Below are positions 36,426 to 46,442 of a stretch of DNA of 64,000 nt, one piece after another. The notes under the pieces were generated by a model. It worked only from the letters and a program-made list of their open reading frames with translations, was not told where the DNA came from and ran no database searches. The DNA is from Myxococcales bacterium. Lineage in GTDB: Bacteria; Myxococcota_A; UBA9160; SZUA-336. A program made the position numbers and the translations under genes. The stretch lies in assembly GCA_013215565.1 (NCBI GenBank), contig JABSQV010000053.1:7775-71774 (forward strand), written 5' to 3'. How positions within the stretch are numbered: the stretch's first letter is position 1; each line of letters opens with the position of its first letter.

Positions 36426-36743
36426 TAGGGTCTCGGGCGTTGATCCCTCCTCGCGCGACCACGCCCCAGTCTTACTCGATCTCGCGGAATTGTTACCTGA
36501 TTTCAGGGAATTGCGCTGAGCGGCGAGTAGGCCGGTCGGCCTCTCTGGACCGGGGCGTGCCGCAGGCGGGGTCAATCTGGCGGCCCGACTCCGGGTCGCC
36601 CGGCCTTCAGGGTCCGGAATCTCTCCGGAACACGAAACCCCAACCACCGAACCAGGTCCCCGAGCCTGCGACCCCCGCGTTTCTGAGCAGACCGCTCCGC
36701 GGGGCCCGCCGGTTCGTGGCTCGCTACCGGTACGAGGAACCAG

Positions 36744-38276
36744 ATGAAACACGAGATCTTCGTGAACATGAGCCCGCGCGAAACGCGCGTGGCCGTTCGC
36801 GAAGCAGACAACATTACAGAACTCCTCATCGAGCGCGATGCGGAACGCGGCGTCGCTGGGGGGATTTACAAGGGTAAGGTTACCCGCGTCCTCCCCGGAA
36901 TGCAGGCCGCGTTCGTCGACATCGGACTCGCGCGCGGCGCCTTCCTGTACGTGGGCGACTACCGCTCCGAGTTCGCCGACGTCGACGTCGGCGAGGACGG
37001 GTCCGAGGTTCGTCGTTCCCCGCAGGAGGGAAACGGAGGCCGCGGACGGCGGTCGAGCCCGCTGCCCCAGATCGAGAAGATCCTCGGTGAAGGACAGGAA
37101 ATCCTGGTCCAGGTCTCGAAGGAACCCCTCGGAACCAAGGGCGCCCGCATCACCTCGAGGGTCTCGCTCGCCGGACGGCATCTGGTGCTGGTCCCCTGGA
37201 TGCAGCGGGTCGGAATCTCCAGGCGGATCGGGAGCGACCGCGAGCGTCGGCGGCTGCGCGGCATCGTATCGAGCCTGCGGCGCGAAGACCTGGGCTTCAT
37301 CGTCCGAACCGTTTCCCACGGAGTGACGGAGTCCGATCTCCGCGCCGACGTCGAGTACCTGACCACCCTCTGGGACTCGGTCAACCAGAAGCGGCAGGCC
37401 GTGAAGGAGGTCCCGGCCCTGGTCTACGAGGAGCCGAAGCTCCACCTGAGGATCCTGCGGGACCTGGTCTCCGTACAGACCAAGGAGATCGTGGTCGACG
37501 ACGCGGATGCCTACGGCGAGATGCAGGAGTTCGTCCGCAAGTTCATGGCTGCACCGCGCCCGCGGATCACCCACTACAAGAACGCCCAACCGCTCTACGA
37601 GCGCGAGCGAATCGAGCAGCAGATCGAGGAGGGTCTGTCGCGCAAGGTCTCGCTCAAGTCGGGCGGATCCCTGATCATCGATCAGAGCGAGGCCCTCACG
37701 GCGATCGACGTGAACACCGGTCGCTTCACGGGCGGGAAGGGCCGGAGTCTCGAGGAGACGATTCTGAAAACCAACCTGGAAGCGGTCCGCGAGATCGCTC
37801 ACCAGTTGCGATTCAGGAACATCGGCGGCCTCATCATCCTCGACCTGATCGACATGGATCAGATCTCGAACCGAGAGAAGGTCTACAAGTCTCTCCTCGA
37901 CGCACTGCGCGAAGACAAGGCCAAGACCAACCTTCTCAAGATCTCCGAACTCGGGCTGGTCGAAATGACCCGCAAGCGCACGCGCGAGAATCTGGTTCAG
38001 CAGCTCTGCGACCCCTGCCCGACCTGCGAAGGGCGGGGCTATCTGCAGTCGAGCCGAACCGTCTGCAACAAGATCCTGCGCGAGTTGCCGAAGGCCGCGG
38101 AGTACGTAAAGGGGCAGACGCTGACGCTCAGAACCCACCCCGAGGTGGCCGATCTCCTGTTCAGCCAGGAATCCGAGACCTTGCACGCACTCGAGGCGAA
38201 GATCTCGCGCATTGTGGCGATCCGGGCCGATCCGCGGCTGCACCGCGAACAGTTCGAGATCACTGCAACGCCATGA
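36744..38276 (+). CDS. rng: ribonuclease G (RNase E/G family)
   Basis: S1 domain GGIYKGKVTRVLPGMQAAFVDIG. Catalytic core LIIDQSEALTAIDVNTG, IGGLIILDLIDM, and the CPTCEGRG zinc link. 510 aa. Confidence 0.9.
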   Translation: MKHEIFVNMSPRETRVAVREADNITELLIERDAERGVAGGIYKGKVTRVLPGMQAAFVDIGLARGAFLYVGDYRSEFADVDVGEDGSEVRRSPQEGNGGRGRRSSPLPQIEKILGEGQEILVQVSKEPLGTKGARITSRVSLAGRHLVLVPWMQRVGISRRIGSDRERRRLRGIVSSLRREDLGFIVRTVSHGVTESDLRADVEYLTTLWDSVNQKRQAVKEVPALVYEEPKLHLRILRDLVSVQTKEIVVDDADAYGEMQEFVRKFMAAPRPRITHYKNAQPLYERERIEQQIEEGLSRKVSLKSGGSLIIDQSEALTAIDVNTGRFTGGKGRSLEETILKTNLEAVREIAHQLRFRNIGGLIILDLIDMDQISNREKVYKSLLDALREDKAKTNLLKISELGLVEMTRKRTRENLVQQLCDPCPTCEGRGYLQSSRTVCNKILRELPKAAEYVKGQTLTLRTHPEVADLLFSQESETLHALEAKISRIVAIRADPRLHREQFEITATP

Positions 38277-38289
38277 GCCGTCGCTCCGC

Positions 38290-38790
38290 GTGAGCGTTCT
38301 CTGTCGCCGGGCTGGCCGACGCGACCTCGGCGCACTGCAGCTGCTCTGGTGCCAGGCGCGCAGCTACGAGCACAAGGTCGATGCGCACTTCGACATCACG
38401 CGCGATGCGGAATCAGTCGCGCGCGAGCACCATGAGCTGATCCTGTCCGACCCGCGCTCCGGCTTCTTCGTCGCGGAGGAACGCGGCGAGGTGCTCGGCT
38501 ACCTGCACGCCCAGATCGAGACCGGCCCCCTCGGCAGCCTGCCCACCCGCTACGGCGAGGTTGTAGACCTGATCGTCTTCGAAGGACGCCGGCGGGAGGG
38601 CATCGCGCGGCGTCTGCTCGAATACTGCAGGGACTGGTTCGATGGCCAGGGAGTGGACGAGTTCCGGGTCACCCTGCCGGTGAACAGCGAACCCGCGCAC
38701 CGGCTCTTCGGGGCCGAGGGAGCGCGACCCAGGACCGTGACCTACCTGTCCGCGCTTCGGCCGGCGCCCGAACGGCCGGAGCAAGACTGA
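38290..38790 (+). CDS. GNAT-family N-acetyltransferase
   Basis: Acetyl-CoA motif region VVDLIVFEGRRREGIARRLL. Start uncertain (GTG 38290). Confidence 0.7.
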   Translation: MSVLCRRAGRRDLGALQLLWCQARSYEHKVDAHFDITRDAESVAREHHELILSDPRSGFFVAEERGEVLGYLHAQIETGPLGSLPTRYGEVVDLIVFEGRRREGIARRLLEYCRDWFDGQGVDEFRVTLPVNSEPAHRLFGAEGARPRTVTYLSALRPAPERPEQD

Positions 38791-38834
38791 GAAGCGCTCG
38801 GTCCCGGATCACCGAAGCAACCATCTCGCTTCGA

Positions 38835-40052
38835 TCAGGGAAGGCGCTTCTCGGGAAGCGGATGCCGGTAAAGGCTCGCCGCGTTCTCGTGGGTGATCAT
38901 CCGGATCTCCTCGACCGGCAGGTCTCCGAGCACCCCGTGGATCACCTCCTGGGTATCGGGCCAGGTCCCGTCCCCGTGGGGGTAGTCGGATTCGGCCAAG
39001 ATGTTCTCGACGCCGATGGTGTAGCGAGTCGAGATCGTCGAGGGATCGTCGATCATGCAGAACCAGAAGTTCCGCCTGAGCACCTCGCTCGGAGAGTTCT
39101 TGGGGTCCGGCCAGCCCTTTCCGTATCCGGAACGCGACATGATATTGTTCAGGCGGTCGATCAGCATCGCCACCCAGCCGGTTCCCCCCTCGGACATCGC
39201 GATCTTGAGGTCGGGATACCTCGCGGGCCAGCCGCTCCAGAGCCACTCCGCACACGCTTCGAGCGCCATCGGCCCGAACAGCGTCGCACCGAGTTCCAGC
39301 ATCGGCGCGCCGGCCGGCATCGGCGCGAAGCCCGATGCACCAATGTGCAGATTGAGAACCGTCTCGGTCTCGGCGCAGGCCCGAACGATCGGTTCCCAGT
39401 AGGGATCGAACACCGACGGATAGCCGAGGCGGTGCGGCTGTTCCGGCACTGTGACCGCCGTGAAACCACGCCGCGCGTTGCGCCGGATCTCGGCCGCACC
39501 CTTTTCCGGATCCGACAGAAAGGTGATCCCGAGCGGCACGATCCGGTCGGGATAGGGAGAGTGCCACTCCTCGAAGAGCCAGTCGTTCCAGGCCCGAACA
39601 CAGGCGAGCCCGAGTTCGGGATCCTTCGCCTCCGAGAACAAGCTGCCCCCAAAACCGGTGACCCCGGAGGGGAAGTTCACGGAGGCATGAATGCCGCCGA
39701 TGTCCATGTCCCGGATTCGGTCGTCGATCTTGTAACAGCCGGGCCGGACCTCGGAAAAGCGAGCGGGCTCGAAGCGGTGGTCCTCTTTGGGCCGCCCCGC
39801 GACACACATGAAACCCACCTGAAAGTAGGGCTGCTCCTCGAAGACCCAGACCTCGTGTCCCTCTTCGGTCTCCACGACCCGCGGTGCCTGGTCCTGTAGC
39901 CGGCTCGGCAGGCGTCCCTCGAAGGTGTGTGGCGGCTCGAGCAGGTGGTCATCGACCGAGAAGAAGGTGTAACGAACTGTACGGGGCTCGGGATCCGGCA
40001 AGAGTCCGTGCGGCACCGGACGCTTGATCCCCAGCTTGATGACTCGGACCAT
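38835..40052 (-). CDS. amidohydrolase-2 family metal-dependent hydrolase
   Basis: FSVDDHLLEPP near the N-terminus and ESDYPHGDGTWP near the C-terminus (TIM-barrel amidohydrolase_2 pattern). ATG 40052. Confidence 0.8.
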   Translation of the reverse strand: MVRVIKLGIKRPVPHGLLPDPEPRTVRYTFFSVDDHLLEPPHTFEGRLPSRLQDQAPRVVETEEGHEVWVFEEQPYFQVGFMCVAGRPKEDHRFEPARFSEVRPGCYKIDDRIRDMDIGGIHASVNFPSGVTGFGGSLFSEAKDPELGLACVRAWNDWLFEEWHSPYPDRIVPLGITFLSDPEKGAAEIRRNARRGFTAVTVPEQPHRLGYPSVFDPYWEPIVRACAETETVLNLHIGASGFAPMPAGAPMLELGATLFGPMALEACAEWLWSGWPARYPDLKIAMSEGGTGWVAMLIDRLNNIMSRSGYGKGWPDPKNSPSEVLRRNFWFCMIDDPSTISTRYTIGVENILAESDYPHGDGTWPDTQEVIHGVLGDLPVEEIRMITHENAASLYRHPLPEKRLP

Positions 40053-40193
40053 CGGTCTGCCCCCTCGAAGAAAGCTCTCCGATCGCGGAGAAAGTCTCTT
40101 GAGCATACCCTGAAACGGCCGGCGATGGAGCGGGCAGCCGCGATTTCCGAAGGGGTTCTACCGGCGCCGCTACAGGAGGCAGAACGCGCGGGA

Positions 40194-41801
40194 TCAGCGC
40201 CGAATTTCGAATCCGCGCTTGCGCGCGTCCCAGGTCTGCGGGCTCACCCCACGCTCGCGAAGCCTGTACTTCTGAACCCTGCCGGTCGGAGTCTGCGGCA
40301 GCTCCTCGAAGAATTCGATGTAGCGTGGCACGAAGAAGTAAGGCGCATTGTCGTTCACGAAACGCGCGATCCTCTCGGCGCTCACCTCCTCGCCGGGTCG
40401 CAATACGATGCAGGCCTTGAGTTCGGCTTCGGACTCGAGTTCCTCCGAGGTGACCCCGTGCACTGCACACTGCAATACCGAAGGGTGTCCACTCACGGCC
40501 GCCTCGACCGCGAAGGAGGAGATGTTGCGTCCCTTGTAGCGGATGAAGTCTGCCTTGCGATCGACGAAGAAGAGTTCCCCGTCCTCATCCGCCCGGCCGA
40601 GGTCACCCGTGTGATACCAGAGGTTTCGCCAGGCCTGCAACGTGGCCTCGGGGTTGCGCCAGTAGCCGTTGAAGACCGTGTACGGTGCCAGTGGCCGCAC
40701 ACAGAACTCGCCGACCTCCCCGGCCGCGACCTCGAGGTCGTCGTCGTCGAGCAGCCTGACCTCGATGCCGTCAGTCGCTTCGCCGAGCGAGTTCGGCTTG
40801 TAGCTCCGGCCGGGGCGCCGCGACAGCAGCGCCATCACTTCGCTCTGCCCGTAGCCCTGGTGAATCTCGTCGATCCCGAAACGCTCCTTGAATCGAGGGA
40901 TCAGGTCTTCGGGCATGGGAACCATGCCGGCGACGCGAACCGGGTTCTGCGCATCGTCTTCGCGCTCCGGTGCATTCCAGAGAAACATGTGCATGGCGCC
41001 TAGTGTGAACACCATCGTCGCACCGTAGTGACGCGTGCGGTCCCAGAAGTTGCCTGCCGAAAAGCGCGGATCGATGGCACACGGAACGCCGCAAACCAGC
41101 GCGCGGTAGATGTTCGCAACCCACGAGGCCGACTGGTACATCGGGAGGCAGTTGTAGATGATCTCGCCCTCGCGAAGACCCGCGTTCTCGGCCCCGATCA
41201 CGGCCGCCCGGATCCAGGCGTTGTGGCTCTGCATCACGCCCTTGGCGCGTCCGGTAGTCCCTGAGGTCCAGAGAATCGCGGCCGTATCGCTGTAGGAGAG
41301 ATCGCCGTCGTCGGGCTCGCTGCCCGGGAGCGCCGTGAGCTGCTCGATGGGAGCGAGCGAAGCTCCGAGGTCCGCATCCGGGGCATCCCCGCGCACCAGG
41401 ATCTGCTCGAAGGAACGAACCCCGGCCTCGGCCACGCGAGGCAGCAGCGCCGCGTCGGCCACGAGCAGCTTCGCTCCGCTGTCCTCGAGGGACTCCCGCA
41501 GCCAGGCGCCCTTGTAGTCGACGTTCGTAGGAACCCAGATCGCCCCAAGTTTGTTGAGCCCGAGCGTCGCCCAGACCCAGTCGGGGCAGGTCTCCATCAG
41601 AAGCGCAACGGTATCGCCCGGCCTGACGCCGAGCGTCTGGAAGCCGCGCGCGCTCGCATTCGCGAGTTCGTTCACGCGCCCGTACGAGAAGTGTTCCGTG
41701 TCCCAGACGATGAAGTCACGCTCCGGGACCTTCTCCGCCTGACGCCGCAGACAGCGGCCGAGCAGACGCTCTTCGGTCGAGGCGAGATCCAACAGATGCA
41801 T
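40194..41801 (-). CDS. AMP-dependent synthetase/ligase (acyl-CoA synthetase-like)
   Basis: AMP-binding motif ILWTSGTTGRAKGV, YGQSE, GDLGRADEDGELFFVDRKAD, PQTPTGRVQK. ATG 41801 gives 535 aa. Confidence 0.88.
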   Translation of the reverse strand: MHLLDLASTEERLLGRCLRRQAEKVPERDFIVWDTEHFSYGRVNELANASARGFQTLGVRPGDTVALLMETCPDWVWATLGLNKLGAIWVPTNVDYKGAWLRESLEDSGAKLLVADAALLPRVAEAGVRSFEQILVRGDAPDADLGASLAPIEQLTALPGSEPDDGDLSYSDTAAILWTSGTTGRAKGVMQSHNAWIRAAVIGAENAGLREGEIIYNCLPMYQSASWVANIYRALVCGVPCAIDPRFSAGNFWDRTRHYGATMVFTLGAMHMFLWNAPEREDDAQNPVRVAGMVPMPEDLIPRFKERFGIDEIHQGYGQSEVMALLSRRPGRSYKPNSLGEATDGIEVRLLDDDDLEVAAGEVGEFCVRPLAPYTVFNGYWRNPEATLQAWRNLWYHTGDLGRADEDGELFFVDRKADFIRYKGRNISSFAVEAAVSGHPSVLQCAVHGVTSEELESEAELKACIVLRPGEEVSAERIARFVNDNAPYFFVPRYIEFFEELPQTPTGRVQKYRLRERGVSPQTWDARKRGFEIRR

Positions 41802-41958
41802 GCGGGAAGGGTATCCGATCCGGCGTTCGGACCGCAGCGACCGATGCCGCTCCCGGCCCGCTCCGGCACCGGGCGCGCGTAGCGCTGCTGCGGCGGGACC
41901 GCGGAGCCGGCGGTTGCGGTCGGTTCCCGGGAGGCTCGAAAGTGTGCTAGGAAGCGGC

Positions 41959-43335
41959 ATGGAAAAGGCGCGCTTCCTGCTCGTCCCGGTTCTCGCGCTC
42001 GTGCCGGCGCTTCCGGTCGCCGCCGAAGCTGCTCCGCCAGACCCCGCCCCGGCCGCGGTCGCGGCTGCCGTCGACGAGTCGCCCTGGAAACTTCCGACCC
42101 CGGGCGCGTGCAATCTGGCCGCTGACGCTTCCGAAGATGCCCCCACGGGCCCGGAACTCCGGCCCGGAACGACGCTCGGCTACGCCGAACTCGCCGAACT
42201 CGAGCCCTATCTGCCGCCCGAGATCTGGGCGCTTCGAGACGACTTTTTCTTCGAGGGCATGCAGCTCGAGGTCGGGCCCTGTTTTCGCGATTACGCACCG
42301 CCGGAGTTCTTTCGGGAGGCGACCGCGCGGTTTCGCGGCCGAGCGCAGGTCGGCGAGGACGGCAGCCTGATCGGATACAAGGCGGGATTGGCCTTCGCTC
42401 CCGCCAGCATCGAGCCCGACGACCCCGAAGCCGGGATCAAGTGGGCCTGGGACTCGGTCACGCGCTACGGGGCGGGGGGACGCTTCGGGAATATCCGCCT
42501 CACGACCGTGGCCGGCGAGAAGACGGGGTCTCTGTTCCGCGGCGAGTACTTCATGGTCCCCATCGTGGGCAGAAGCGACCGCGCAGAAGACGAGTTTCGC
42601 TTCCCGACGAAACTGTCCGCCATCTGGGTCGGAGGCGGAGAGACCAAGAACATACGCGGCGACAAGTGCTCCTGGAGGCAATACGGTTACATGGATCGCA
42701 GACCGGAACTCGCGATCTACGACCCGGAGCGGCGCAGCGTCAGGCGCGCATTTCCGCTGAACAACGAGGGTCCGGTCCCGATCTGCCGCACCGATGGACA
42801 GGAGGGGTTCTTCTTTCGCGGCGGCTTCCCGCTGCTCTACAGCTGGAAGTTCCTGGGAATCCGCGACGTACTCGCCCCGATCAATGCCCGGACTCCGGCC
42901 TACCCCGAGGACAAGAACCGCAACTTCGGTCCGCTCCAGGTCTCGTTCGCGAACGACCGCTGGGAACTCCGGCGCGCGCTGGTCGTGGAGGGCACGGTCG
43001 AGGAGTCCGATCCCGTGGACGGGGCGGACCGCTTCATCTGGTACTACGACCTGCAGACCCTGACGAGCCTCTACTACATCTCCTACCGCAAAGACCAGAG
43101 CCTGGGGTCTGCCGGCTACTTCGTGGGCCGCTGGAGCGAGGACCGTCCCGACTACCCTCGCTGGAAAGACGATCCGGAACGGCAACTGCGCGTCATCGAC
43201 ACGGTGGGTGCAGCGATCGTCGACAAGGTCAGGAAGAACATCGTCCGGCTCGAAGCCTGGGATACGGTCGCCTCCCCCCCGAGCGACAGGAAGGTCAAGC
43301 GGATGCTATCCCAGTCGGGCCTGCGAGGCCGCTGA
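41959..43335 (+). CDS. DUF1329-like (LolA-fold) exported protein
   Basis: Signal peptide MEKARFLLVPVLALVPALPVAAEA. The overall pattern recalled for DUF1329 family proteins (WKLPTPG..., FPLLYSWKFLG, NDRWELR) is a family call from memory, not a search. Confidence 0.65.
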   Translation: MEKARFLLVPVLALVPALPVAAEAAPPDPAPAAVAAAVDESPWKLPTPGACNLAADASEDAPTGPELRPGTTLGYAELAELEPYLPPEIWALRDDFFFEGMQLEVGPCFRDYAPPEFFREATARFRGRAQVGEDGSLIGYKAGLAFAPASIEPDDPEAGIKWAWDSVTRYGAGGRFGNIRLTTVAGEKTGSLFRGEYFMVPIVGRSDRAEDEFRFPTKLSAIWVGGGETKNIRGDKCSWRQYGYMDRRPELAIYDPERRSVRRAFPLNNEGPVPICRTDGQEGFFFRGGFPLLYSWKFLGIRDVLAPINARTPAYPEDKNRNFGPLQVSFANDRWELRRALVVEGTVEESDPVDGADRFIWYYDLQTLTSLYYISYRKDQSLGSAGYFVGRWSEDRPDYPRWKDDPERQLRVIDTVGAAIVDKVRKNIVRLEAWDTVASPPSDRKVKRMLSQSGLRGR

Positions 43336-43348
43336 ACTTCCCGGCCAG

Positions 43349-44308
43349 CTAGCGCAGCGCGACCGTGTCGATGCGGCCGTCGGAACCGTGGATTTCGATC
43401 CGATACTGTGGTTCGAAGCCCAGGCATACCCGGGCGCGCTGAGTGTCGAGCGCGAAGCCGTAGCGGCGGCATCCGCTTTCCGCGCCGCGGAACAGGTCCA
43501 GCGTCTGGCCGGCGAACGAAGCCGCGCTCGAGAAAAGCCGGGGAAACGCGCGAGGCGCGGAGTCTCGCAGGGCTCGCGCGAGCACGGAGCGCGGAAAGAC
43601 CTGACGCCCCGCGATGTTGTAGATCCCGGGACAGTCCCCGTGAAGCGCAAGCAGCAGGGCGCGGGCGAGGTCACGCTCGGAGACGACCGCCAGCATCGGG
43701 TCGAACCCGAGCGGCGCTTCCGGGCCCTCCAGCGGCGGACTCTGCAGAACCCCGCCCGCATCGGTCACGATCGTGGGCGGGCGCAGGATCGTAACCCGAA
43801 ACTCAGGGTTCTTGAGTTCCGCCTGACAGGTCAGGTCGGCATCCACCCAGGCCCGGATTTCGCTCACGGCATCGAAGTCGAGCACCTGCTCCTCGCTCAC
43901 GACGTTGGCGTTTCCGGGCTCCGCGCGATACACGAAGGCCGAGGAGAGGTGGACGAAGCGCTCGATTTCCGCGCGCTGCTTGCACTCCTCGAGCAGGTAG
44001 CGCGTCTCGGCCACCCCCGCCGGGAGCTTCCCGGGGACACGGCGCACGTCGCGGAGAGGCGGCAGGTGGATCACGGAGTCCGGCCGGGTGCGCAGGAAGC
44101 GCTCGGAGCGGAACAGGTTGAGCACGTGGCGCGGCCGCGCCAGGTCCAGCCGCTGGTACACGCACTTGTCCCGGTAGGGCTTGAGGTAGCCAGGGACCGG
44201 ACCCGTCCCGAGCCCGAGCACCAGTTCCACCTGCGGATCGTGATACAGGGCCTTGATCAGACGCCGGGCCAGGCGCGAGTCCACGTGGCTGACGAGCACC
44301 CGGCGCAC
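43349..44308 (-). CDS. NAD-dependent epimerase/dehydratase-fold protein lacking the Gly-rich and YxxxK motifs
   Basis: Extended-SDR-like layout (VLV....., VIHLPP, FVHLSSAFVY, ILRPPTIV, NIAG). The N-terminus reads VLVSHVDSRLARRL instead of TGxxGxxG, and no YxxxK is evident. Confidence 0.7.
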   Translation of the reverse strand: MRRVLVSHVDSRLARRLIKALYHDPQVELVLGLGTGPVPGYLKPYRDKCVYQRLDLARPRHVLNLFRSERFLRTRPDSVIHLPPLRDVRRVPGKLPAGVAETRYLLEECKQRAEIERFVHLSSAFVYRAEPGNANVVSEEQVLDFDAVSEIRAWVDADLTCQAELKNPEFRVTILRPPTIVTDAGGVLQSPPLEGPEAPLGFDPMLAVVSERDLARALLLALHGDCPGIYNIAGRQVFPRSVLARALRDSAPRAFPRLFSSAASFAGQTLDLFRGAESGCRRYGFALDTQRARVCLGFEPQYRIEIHGSDGRIDTVALR

Positions 44309-44311
44309 GCG

Positions 44312-45391
44312 TCAGCGCTCCCGACCGCGCCGCGCGCGCAGGCGCCGATCCACCATGGACTGAATCCGGCCCCGCACCTGTTCGACCATTTCGCGCACCG
44401 CCTGCGGATTTCCGATGACGCTGGGCGGATGCTCCTCGAAAAACCGAAACGGCTCTCCGTACTCGATTTCGTAGCGGACCGGATACGGCAACAGTCCGAG
44501 CGGCCCTAACAGTGGGAAGGTCGGGGTGACCGGGAAGACCGGAAGCTGCAGCAGCTTCGCCAGCGGCTTGACGTCGTACAGGATCGGGGCCTGATCGTCG
44601 GCGCCGATGAAGGCCACCGGGACGATCGGCGCCCGGTTCCGGATCGACTCCTCGACGAAGCCCACGTGGAAGGGCTGCAACACGTAGCGATCGGCGGCCC
44701 GCTTGCGAATCCCGTCTACGCCTTCGGGAAACACCAGAACCAGTTCCTGTCCGCGCAGGAGCTCGCGGAAGTTCTCGCGCGTCCCGATCACCTGACCGAC
44801 ACGCGAGTAGAAGACGTTCAGGAACGGCAGCGAGCCGACCCAGCGCTCGACGATGGTGCGGACCAAGCGCGGCGACTCGGCGCGCAGGCAGACGTCCACG
44901 ACCGCCATGGCGGCATCGAAGGGAAGCAGGCCCCCGTGATTCCCGGCCAGAATCGCGCTCCCCTTCTCGGGGATCTGCGCGTGCCCCGAACTCTCGACCC
45001 GGAAGTAGTAGCGGTGGAGCAGCTTGAACAGCGCCAGGGTCCGCCGGCAGGTCTGCATCGAGAGCCCCAGGCGATCGTACGCGCCGGCCCCGAGCCTCGC
45101 CGCGGCCGCCTCCAGGCGCCGCTCCTCGTCGCGGTCGAGCAGCAGCCCAGCCACCCGGTCGAACCAGCTGTCGCGGGGTTGCGGATCTTCGAGCGCAACC
45201 TCGGGTACGGGCGGTCCTAGATCGGGTGCCGCCGCCAGAGCCGACGGGTCGCCGGGGGCCTCTCCCGGGGTCGGTCGGACACGCGCTTCCCGGAGCCGCG
45301 CCAGATAAGGGACGGTGCCGTCCGAAGCCCGGAACGGATCTGCCCCGCCGAGGTGCGCCGCTCGGGGGGCACCGGGCGCCTGCCCGCTCAC
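44312..45391 (-). CDS. PlsC-type (lysophospholipid/glycerolipid) acyltransferase
   Basis: HX4D motif AGNHGGLLPFD, FPEG motif VLVFPEGV, PIVPVAF. GTG 45391 overlaps the ParA stop (GTGA). Confidence 0.8.
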   Translation of the reverse strand: MSGQAPGAPRAAHLGGADPFRASDGTVPYLARLREARVRPTPGEAPGDPSALAAAPDLGPPVPEVALEDPQPRDSWFDRVAGLLLDRDEERRLEAAAARLGAGAYDRLGLSMQTCRRTLALFKLLHRYYFRVESSGHAQIPEKGSAILAGNHGGLLPFDAAMAVVDVCLRAESPRLVRTIVERWVGSLPFLNVFYSRVGQVIGTRENFRELLRGQELVLVFPEGVDGIRKRAADRYVLQPFHVGFVEESIRNRAPIVPVAFIGADDQAPILYDVKPLAKLLQLPVFPVTPTFPLLGPLGLLPYPVRYEIEYGEPFRFFEEHPPSVIGNPQAVREMVEQVRGRIQSMVDRRLRARRGRER

Positions 45392-46233
45392 GCTCTCACC
45401 CGCCCGGGGTCGTACGCAAGCAGCTCCTCGGCCACGGCCGCGAACCAGGCGGCCGCGGTCGAGCGCGGTGCGTACTCGAAGATGGTCTTGCCGCGGCTCT
45501 GCGCCTCGTCGATCAGGACCGAAAAGCCCAGCACCGTCTGGGACAGCTCCCGGGGGAAGTGCTCGCGCAGTTTGGCCAGAATTTCGGCCGCCATGCGGGT
45601 GCGGCGCGCGAACACGGGAACCACCAGCGAAGTCCGAAGCTCCGGGTGCTCGAAGCGGGTCCGAACCATCTCGATGGTGCGCGTCATTTCGGCCGCTCCA
45701 TCGAGCGCCAGGTAGGTCAGGGGAACAGGCAACAGCACCTCGATCGACGCAAGTAGCAGATTCAGCGTGATCGTGCCGAAGGAAGGCGGCGCGTCAAAGA
45801 GGATGAAGTCATAGCCGTCGGCCGGCGTGAGCGCATCACGCAGATCGCAGTAATCCTGTCGGGAACGGCCCGCCACCTCCTGTGGGAACAGCGCCAACGA
45901 CTTGTTCGCCACGATCAGGTCGAGGCGCGGATGACGCGCGCGCACGACGGGCAGGGGCGGGCGCGTCTCCTCCCCGAGCACCACGTCCAGAAGCAGATCG
46001 AGCGCGGTGCGTCGCTCCGAGGCCACGTCGACGCCGAGCACCTTGCCGAGCTGACCCTGCGGATCCAGATCCACCAGCAGCACCCGCTGTCCACGCTCGC
46101 GAGCCAGGTAGTCGCCCACATTCGAGGCGAGCGTCGTCTTGCCGCTCCCGCCCTTCTCGTTGATGCATGCGACGCGGCGCGGAATCAGCCTGTCCCCCCC
46201 CGGGACGGACCGCTTTCGCTCCGCCCGGGACAA
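45388..46233 (-). CDS. ParA/Soj-family ATPase (no parB nearby)
   Basis: VACINEKGGSGKTTLASN (deviant Walker A), VLLVDLDPQG, ILFDAPPS. Confidence 0.85.
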   Translation of the reverse strand: MSRAERKRSVPGGDRLIPRRVACINEKGGSGKTTLASNVGDYLARERGQRVLLVDLDPQGQLGKVLGVDVASERRTALDLLLDVVLGEETRPPLPVVRARHPRLDLIVANKSLALFPQEVAGRSRQDYCDLRDALTPADGYDFILFDAPPSFGTITLNLLLASIEVLLPVPLTYLALDGAAEMTRTIEMVRTRFEHPELRTSLVVPVFARRTRMAAEILAKLREHFPRELSQTVLGFSVLIDEAQSRGKTIFEYAPRSTAAAWFAAVAEELLAYDPGRVRA

Positions 46234-46442
46234 CCATAGCCTTTCGAACGAATTGTGTTTTCAGTGGCCGGCCCGTGTCCATCGAAGCCTGAGCGTTCGG
46301 GCCCGCTGCCCGTCTCTCGTACACGAGACCCGGCCCGCAGGTCGCGTCTACCGGTGCGCTCGACGATAATGACGCAACGCGGCGCGCGCATCCGTGTGGC
46401 CCGGAATTGCGTCACCCGGTAGGATGGCCCCGGCGAGCGCCG

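Noticed and set aside
36426-36743. Possible tRNA-Sec (selC) next to selA, around the CCTTCAGGG segment
   Set aside because: I could not build an anticodon stem around a UCA loop, nor an 8-bp acceptor or long variable arm. No cloverleaf is supported.
35028-38243. 1071-aa ORF suggesting a giant SelA fusion
   Set aside because: Only the C-terminal 465 aa (from ATG 36425) are SelA-like. The upstream part is antisense to the well-supported rng gene and has junk composition.
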